64,000 nucleotides of DNA from Camelus dromedarius (taxonomy: Eukaryota), in the NCBI RefSeq assembly GCF_036321535.1, contig NC_087459.1, positions 21,762,001 through 21,826,000 on the forward strand, written 5' to 3'. The notes under the pieces were generated by a model. That model made no database searches. It saw nothing but the letters and a program-made list of their open reading frames with translations, and was not told the DNA's origin. Shown one piece after another: positions 62,901 through 64,000 of the stretch (within the stretch, counting starts at the first letter, position 1; each line of letters begins with the position of its first letter). Both the position numbers and the translations under genes were made by a program.

Positions 62901-63904
62901 CGCTACCTTGGGTTCCCCGAGTCTCCCCACAGCTCCGGGGCAGGCAAGGGAAATGAGAAACGGACTCGTTGGGAGCCATAGGGCCGGGGACTTGAGTACT
63001 GGTTAACTTGCCTCCCGAGGCAAGCGCTTTGACGATGATCTCTGTCGTTTGGGATCAAACAGCTCTCTTCTGATCAGCTGGCTTTGCACTAAAAGCCCCC
63101 TTTTCCGGTCTCCCAAGACTGGCAATGGATGAAGAATGGCCTCTTTTGAGACATTCTTGTTCTTTGGGTTGAGAAAGTGGAGGCTGCATTCCAAATTCTG
63201 CCTCTGGCTAGAATTAAAACCTGTCCTGCTGAAGCATGTGTGTGACTTCAGCCTGATTGTTGGTGACACCTTCCTCGTTGAGCAGGTGTGAGAAGTAAGT
63301 GCTTGTAAATTTGTGCAGTTCTTGACATCAGTTTAAGTTGCAGAAAATTGTAGCTGTCCACCAAGACTCTTGGTTTTTCCAGTACTTAAGGCTTCTTGGT
63401 CTGTCTAGAAAGGCAGTTTTTCTTTGCGGTTCTTTATTGTAAGAAAACTTGACTTTGGTCTGCCAGCTTACCCCTCTCAACTAGGGTTTCATGAGGGAAT
63501 TTATGCCCTTTTGGGTAACATAGTTTTGTTTGTTTTCTTATCTGGGAGCCCTGAGGCTGGATTAAGGCCTTTAGTTCTAGTCTACTCTCTTAGGGATGGC
63601 TGAAGGTAATATAATCGTATTTTTCTTTTGCAGACTATAGTCAACAAGCAACCCAAAGGTGAGTGTCATTCCTGGGCTTCCAGAGTTTGTAGAGGGCCAG
63701 GGTGGCTAAAGTGTCTTTTCCTGAGAACGCTGTTTTTTTTTTCCTCCAGCTATGGGGCCTACCCTACCCAGCCTGGGCAGGGCTATTCCCAGCAGAGCAA
63801 TCAGCCCTATGGACAGCAGAGTTACAGTGGTTATGGCCAATCACCGGACACTTCAAGCTATGGCCAGAGCAGCTATGGTAGTTCTTATGGACAGACCCAG
63901 AACA
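62053..63904 (+). CDS. FUS: RNA-binding protein FUS, first three coding exons (continues beyond the window): 62053-62065, 63634-63658, 63750-63904
   Basis: MASN|DYSQQATQ|[52 protein letters not shown], the QGSY prion-like domain. Splice sites are canonical. Confidence 0.97.
63752..63904 (+). CDS. altFUS: alternative-frame ORF overlapping FUS exon 3 (first 51 codons; continuation lies outside the window)
   Basis: The AUG is in GCT-ATG-G context after splicing. [51 protein letters not shown] is open to the exon end and resembles the published human altFUS N-terminus as I recall it. Confidence 0.6.
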
Positions 63905-64000
63905 GTGAGTCTCTTTTTTAGTGGGTCACCCCGCCTCTTCCTGTTGTTTCTGAATGTTGCTTTTCTTAAACCTAAGCAGTGCTGAAGTGTTGAAACTGTC

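Noticed and set aside
61749-62930. 393-codon minus-strand ORF antisense to the FUS promoter and exon 1
   Set aside because: It lies wholly in a very GC-rich CpG island where stops are rare, is Arg/Gly/Pro/Ala low-complexity, and has no recognisable domain or splice structure.

Overview
Mammalian genomic DNA from the gene cluster syntenic to human 16p11.2. The source is probably a camelid: it carries a tRNA-derived SINE of camelid type, and I recognised no Alu, Bov-tA/ART2A, PRE1 or Can-SINE. Gene order is ZNF646 3' part (+), PRSS53 (-), VKORC1 (-), BCKDK (+), KAT8 (+), PRSS8 (-), PRSS36 (-) and the first three exons of FUS (+). I traced all exons by hand. Every junction is GT-AG and in frame, giving intact proteins of 553, 163, 412, 458, 341 and 856 aa for the six complete genes, with no sign of pseudogenisation. 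The rest is CpG-island promoters, retroposon and DNA-transposon fossils, microsatellites and two assembly gaps. No wholly new gene system is demonstrable from sequence alone. The best leads are a perfect ERSE fused to a UPRE in the KAT8 promoter, an in-frame VKORC1-PRSS53 read-through splice, the conserved altFUS overlapping frame, the junction-created BCKDK uORF, and an AT-rich block with exon-like segments downstream of a motif-rich solo LTR upstream of FUS. Comparisons to human proteins and repeat consensus names are from memory and need alignment.
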